Source of the DNA: Felis catus
Taxonomy: Eukaryota
Direction: 5' to 3'
Assembly (NCBI RefSeq): GCF_018350175.1
Contig: NC_058368.1
Coordinates: 88,724,001 to 88,788,000, forward strand
Length of the DNA stretch: 64,000 bases
Below the pieces are notes generated by a model that was given only the letters and a program-made list of their open reading frames with translations, was not told the DNA's origin and did no database searches. Shown piece by piece: positions 62,101-64,000 of the stretch. Numbering within the stretch: the first letter of the stretch is position 1; each line of letters begins with the position of its first letter. A program made the position numbers and the translations under genes.

Positions 62101-64000
62101 AAGAGACTCACTGTAGATCTAAAGACACATGTAGATTGAAAGTGAAGGAATGGAGAAGCATTGATCATACAAATGAAAGTGAAAAAAAAGTTGAGGTAGC
62201 AATACTTCTATCAGAGCAAAGACAGTAACGAGAGACAAAGAAGGACTCTACATAATCATCAAGGGAACAATCTAAGAAGATAGAACAATTGTAAATATGT
62301 ATGCACCCATCATGGCAGCAGACAAATACATAAGGCAGGTAATAAAAAAAAACATAAAAGAAGTAATAATAGTAGAGACTTTCATACACTACTTACGTCA
62401 ATGGATAGATCATCCAAATAGAAAATCAAAAAGGAAACAGTGGCTTTGAATGACACATTGGACCACATGGATCTAACAGATATATTCAGAACATGCCATC
62501 CGAAAACAGAAGAATACATATTGTTTTCATGTGCACATGGAACATTCTCCAGAATAGGTCACATATTAAGCCACAAAACAAGTCTCAACAAATTCAAAAA
62601 GATCAAAATCATACAGTGCATCTTTTCTAACCACAACACTGTGACACTAGAAATCAATCACAAGAAAAAAGTCTGGAAAGAACACAAATACGTGGAGTTA
62701 AATAGCAGGCTGCTAAATAATAAATGGGTAAACCAAAAAATCCAAGAAGAAACAAAAAAATACATGGAGACAAATGAAAATGAAAAGACAGTGCTCCAAA
62801 ATCTTTGGAATGCAGCAAATGTGGTTCTAAGGGAATTTTATACATATACAGGCCTACCTCAAGAAACAGGAAAAATCCCAAATAAATAACCCAACCTTAT
62901 ACCAAAAGCATCTAGAAGAAGACCAAACAAAACCCAAATCCAGCAGAAGGAAGGAAATAATAATGATTAGAGCAGAAATAAATGATATAGAAACTAAAAA
63001 ACAAAAAACAAAACAAAACAAAATAGTAGAACATCAATAAAACCAGAAACTGCTTCTTGGGAAAGAACAAAATTGATAAGCCTTTAGCTGGACTTATCCC
63101 CATCCCTGAAAACTGAGGACTCAATAAACAAAACAGGAGGGATGCCTGGGTGTCTCAGTTGGGTAAGTGCCAGATCACAGGTGGTGATCCCTCACTTCGC
63201 GAGTTCGAGCCCTGCATCAGGCTCTGTGTGGACAGCTCAGAACCCGGAGCCTGCTTCAGATTCTGTGTTTCCCTCTCTCTCGGCCCCTCCCCCGCTTGCA
63301 CTGTGTCTCTCTCTGTCTTTCAAAGATAAATAAAACATTATATTAAAAAAATAAAACAGGAAATGAAAGAGAAATAACTGACACCACAGAAATACAGATT
63401 ATAAGAGAATATTCTGAAAAACTATATGCCAACAAGTTGGGCAACCTAGAAAATGGAGAAAATCCTAGAAATGTATGTCCTCCCCAAACTGAATCAGGAA
63501 GAAATAGAAAATTTGAACAGACCGATTACCAGCTATAAAATGGAATCATTAATAAAAAAACTCCCAACAAACAAAAGTCCAGGACCAGTAGCCTTCACAG
63601 GCGATTTTGCTAAACATTCAAAGATGACTTAATACCTATTCTTCTCAAACTATTCCGAGAAATAGAAGAGGAGGGAAATCTTCCAAATTCCTTGTATGAG
63701 GCCAGCATTAGTCTGATACCAAAACCAGAAAAAGACAGTACAAAAAAGGATAACTAGAGGCCAATATCTCCTATGAACATAGATGCAAAAATCCAGAACA
63801 AAAGATTAGCAAATTGAATCCAACAATACACTAAAAACTCATTCACCACGATCAAGTGGCCTTTATTTCTGGGATGCAAGGGTGGGTCATTATTCGTAAA
63901 TCAGTCAATGTGATACATCACATCAGTAGGAGAAAGGATAAAAATCATATGATTGTTTCAATAGATGTAGAAAAAGCATTTCACAAAGTACAACATTCAT
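59195..64000 (+). mobile_element. 5' portion of a decayed full-length carnivore L1 (5'UTR, ORF1 ~60690-61570, ORF2 from ~61980, runs off window); SINE at 63139-63350
   Basis: ORF1-like MSQMKE, AETLQARREWHD; endonuclease LNVNGLNAPVKR, HGTFSRIGHILSHK; RT-proximal YEASI.LIPKP; many frameshifts. Confidence 0.9.

Noticed and set aside
59195..64000. Active L1
   Set aside because: ORF1 and ORF2 are broken by many stops, frameshifts and a SINE insertion.

Overview
Eukaryotic DNA, almost certainly from a cat (Felidae): it carries many SINEC_Fc-type tRNA-derived SINEs and carnivore L1s. No complete host gene is present. (1) 1-9184 holds two nested, minus-strand, class I (gamma-like) endogenous proviruses. 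The outer element has lost its RT and most of SU by deletion. Its gag is interrupted by a younger MLV/FeLV-related provirus (3'LTR, env, pol), and both elements are cut off at about 9184. (2) 9525-9672 is a single diverged ALDH1L1-like exon with intact splice sites. (3) 10.2-22.4 kb is nested L1/SINE/LTR debris with small tandem duplications. (4) 22.4-35.1 kb is a duplicated mosaic of degenerate TAACCC-containing (FA-SAT-like) satellite, (TATC)n and MLT2 LTR pieces, plus a CpG-rich ~52-bp minisatellite with a dimeric period and promoter-like motifs. (5) 35.6-59.1 kb is ordinary AT-rich DNA with old repeats and a CpG-containing candidate promoter/first exon at ~49.0-49.3 kb. (6) From 59.2 kb to the end is the 5' half of a decayed L1. 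The best leads are a 230-aa signal-peptide plus receptor-binding-domain Env ORF resembling feline soluble-Env factors, the nested and truncated ERV architecture, the orphan ALDH1L1 exon, and the satellite/LTR composite repeat. Repeat family names come from recognising consensus sequences by eye, not from a search. I found no convincing wholly new functional system.
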